DNA of 64,000 nucleotides, taken from positions 23,126,001-23,190,000 of the forward strand of contig OZ249441.1 of the NCBI GenBank assembly GCA_965235115.1, read 5' to 3'. Within the stretch, counting starts at the first letter, position 1. Every line of letters starts with the position of its first letter. The notes under the pieces are model-generated. The model was not told where the DNA came from. It saw only the letters and a list, made by a program, of their open reading frames with translations, and did not search any database. The translations under genes and the position numbers were made by a program. Shown here piece after piece: positions 62,201 through 64,000 of this stretch. Source of the DNA: Laetmonice hystrix. Its lineage: Eukaryota.

Positions 62201-64000
62201 CCTCGTGCGTGCAAGCAAGCCTTTGGACGGCGGACACGTCTGCGTTGAATCGATCTGCCCGTCCCGTGACATGCCACCTACGATAAGCCGGGCATTTTCT
62301 GCCTGCGCAGCTCCGAGTATGCGTGGATTTCATGCTTGCCTGCACCAGCGGGGTGCTGCATTGATGGAGGTCAGTGCCCAAGTGAAAGGTCGCGCGTTGC
62401 ACAAGCTCAGATTGGCTTCCAAATTGAGCACTCTCCATGGTAGGGTTCGACGACCGGCGGGACCTGCAGCCCGCCTAGATTTATAATGATTGATTTCAGC
62501 GCGTTAACAATTAACTCCGCCATCGCCTTTGTTCCTGCCGCCCATTTATCATACACGCACCTGCTCAATTAATATTCATGAGAGGGCAACGCCTGTGGAT
62601 TTTTGTCCCTTTTTTTTAGGAGGAAGTCGTTTTGTTTCTTGAAATGAAACGCAGTAACAACGAGCAAAGGTCATCGTGAAGGTCATTGAGAAGCTGTGGA
62701 CTGAGGGCGTGCCGATCGGAAACTATAGGGGGCGCTAAATGCGTTAATATATTCACTGCAGCCATATTTCATTTTGTCCAGTGAACCGTCTTGGTCGAGT
62801 GATAAATTGCACTTGTCATCGGGACACGAGTGTTGACATGTGAGCTGCCATCTAACATGTGGGGCCTGTTTACCGAGAGTCGAACTGGACAATCGGGCAA
62901 GCTTGTCAACTCCGCATTAGGTGGGATGTACAAATAACCACCTACAAGGTGCTGCCATCCTCGACACCGGTGACAAATGACGCCATCATTGTCCAACCTG
63001 TTTATTGTCATGGATGAAATTGTTTGCCCCCAAATGGCCATGAGTAAAATCATTTCATGAGGAGCATGTTGAGTAGAAGTATTTGTTCTACGTATCATAT
63101 GGGAATAAAAAAACTCGTGCACCTAACCCATCCGGGTAAATGTTCACTAATAGTAATTTGTCTTTTCCCTAGAGAGTCCTGCAGTTAACATCTTTACCGT
63201 CGAGTGCGTAAAAATAAGTATTCCAGCACCGAAAGACAAAAAAGTAACTAATGAAAGTTGCTTCGTTTTATAGATCTCTCGGATATCTATCGATTCCACT
63301 TTGATTTTTTTAAGAACAAGGTTCAGATTTCATGATAAATGCATTGTACGTATAGATTTCTTATTTCTTGTTCTATGACGTTTCAGGTAAGTATATTGCT
63401 GGAAACCTGAGCAGCCCATATTATTCCACGGTGGTACGTATAGGACTTTATAACATATTGCACATATACCTGAGTCATGTGTGCAATTCAGTTTCGTCAG
63501 CTTCTTCCGTTTCGGAGAAATTAAACTTGTGGGTTGATAAACAGTGGAATGTCGCGATATATTTAGCCTTATTGGTTGTCAAAGAAGGCTTTACCATGCA
63601 TGTAGCTCATAGTGTACTTGGTGACATTTCTATTATTTAGAGGACGATTTGTAGGTGGCTCGTACAGAGCTAATGATTGTCTGGTATTGGTGTGCTCCGT
63701 TGCGAGGAACTACTGTCGTGTTCTGTACCTGAATGTCAGTGACAAGTCATTGTTAAATGTTGCCAGAAAACAACCTGGAATAGGAAATTCATGGCTTTTA
63801 ACCTTTAGGTGGATTTTAAGCTCAAAACAGTATGCTCGCACTGAGAAATCATTGTGAAAGACAGGACGGGGAGATCGCAGGGTCCCAACTACCCAAACGT
63901 TTAAAAAGAGGAATTTGTCCTCGAATAGCCATCAGTATAAACCAGTTCACAAGCAACAGAAGTAGATTGGTTCTGAAAGTCAGCAAATCTGCACAGATAT

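Overview
Metazoan genomic DNA with introns; the Runt-domain residues ([32 protein letters not shown]) suggest a non-vertebrate, probably protostome/lophotrochozoan animal (inference). The left end holds the 5' part of a Runx gene on the minus strand: two Runt-domain exons at 5095-4732 and 847-743/734, a TATA promoter near 5.2 kb, and the remaining exons off the left edge. Head-to-head with it on the plus strand is the 5' part of Supt3h (Spt3): a putative first exon at 6395-6475 and a recognisable exon at 9761-9939. I found no further Supt3h exon, so about 54 kb appears to be one very long intron. That interval contains an apparently intact two-ORF non-LTR retrotransposon (11.9-16.6 kb), three MITEs (one of them in the Runx intron), a SINE relic, a decayed Harbinger-like transposase fragment, three minisatellites (43, 48 and 22 bp units) and many CpG-rich non-coding patches. 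The most interesting signals are: (i) a branch point and acceptor inside Runx exon 1 at the vertebrate P1 splice position, implying an unannotated distal first exon; (ii) two dense Runx-site clusters, in the Runx leader and at 21.5-21.7 kb, suggesting autoregulation; (iii) LINE ORF2 lacks an AUG and is in frame with ORF1 across a single UGA; (iv) a Lys-rich N-terminal extension exon for Supt3h. Most small ORFs in the track look non-coding.
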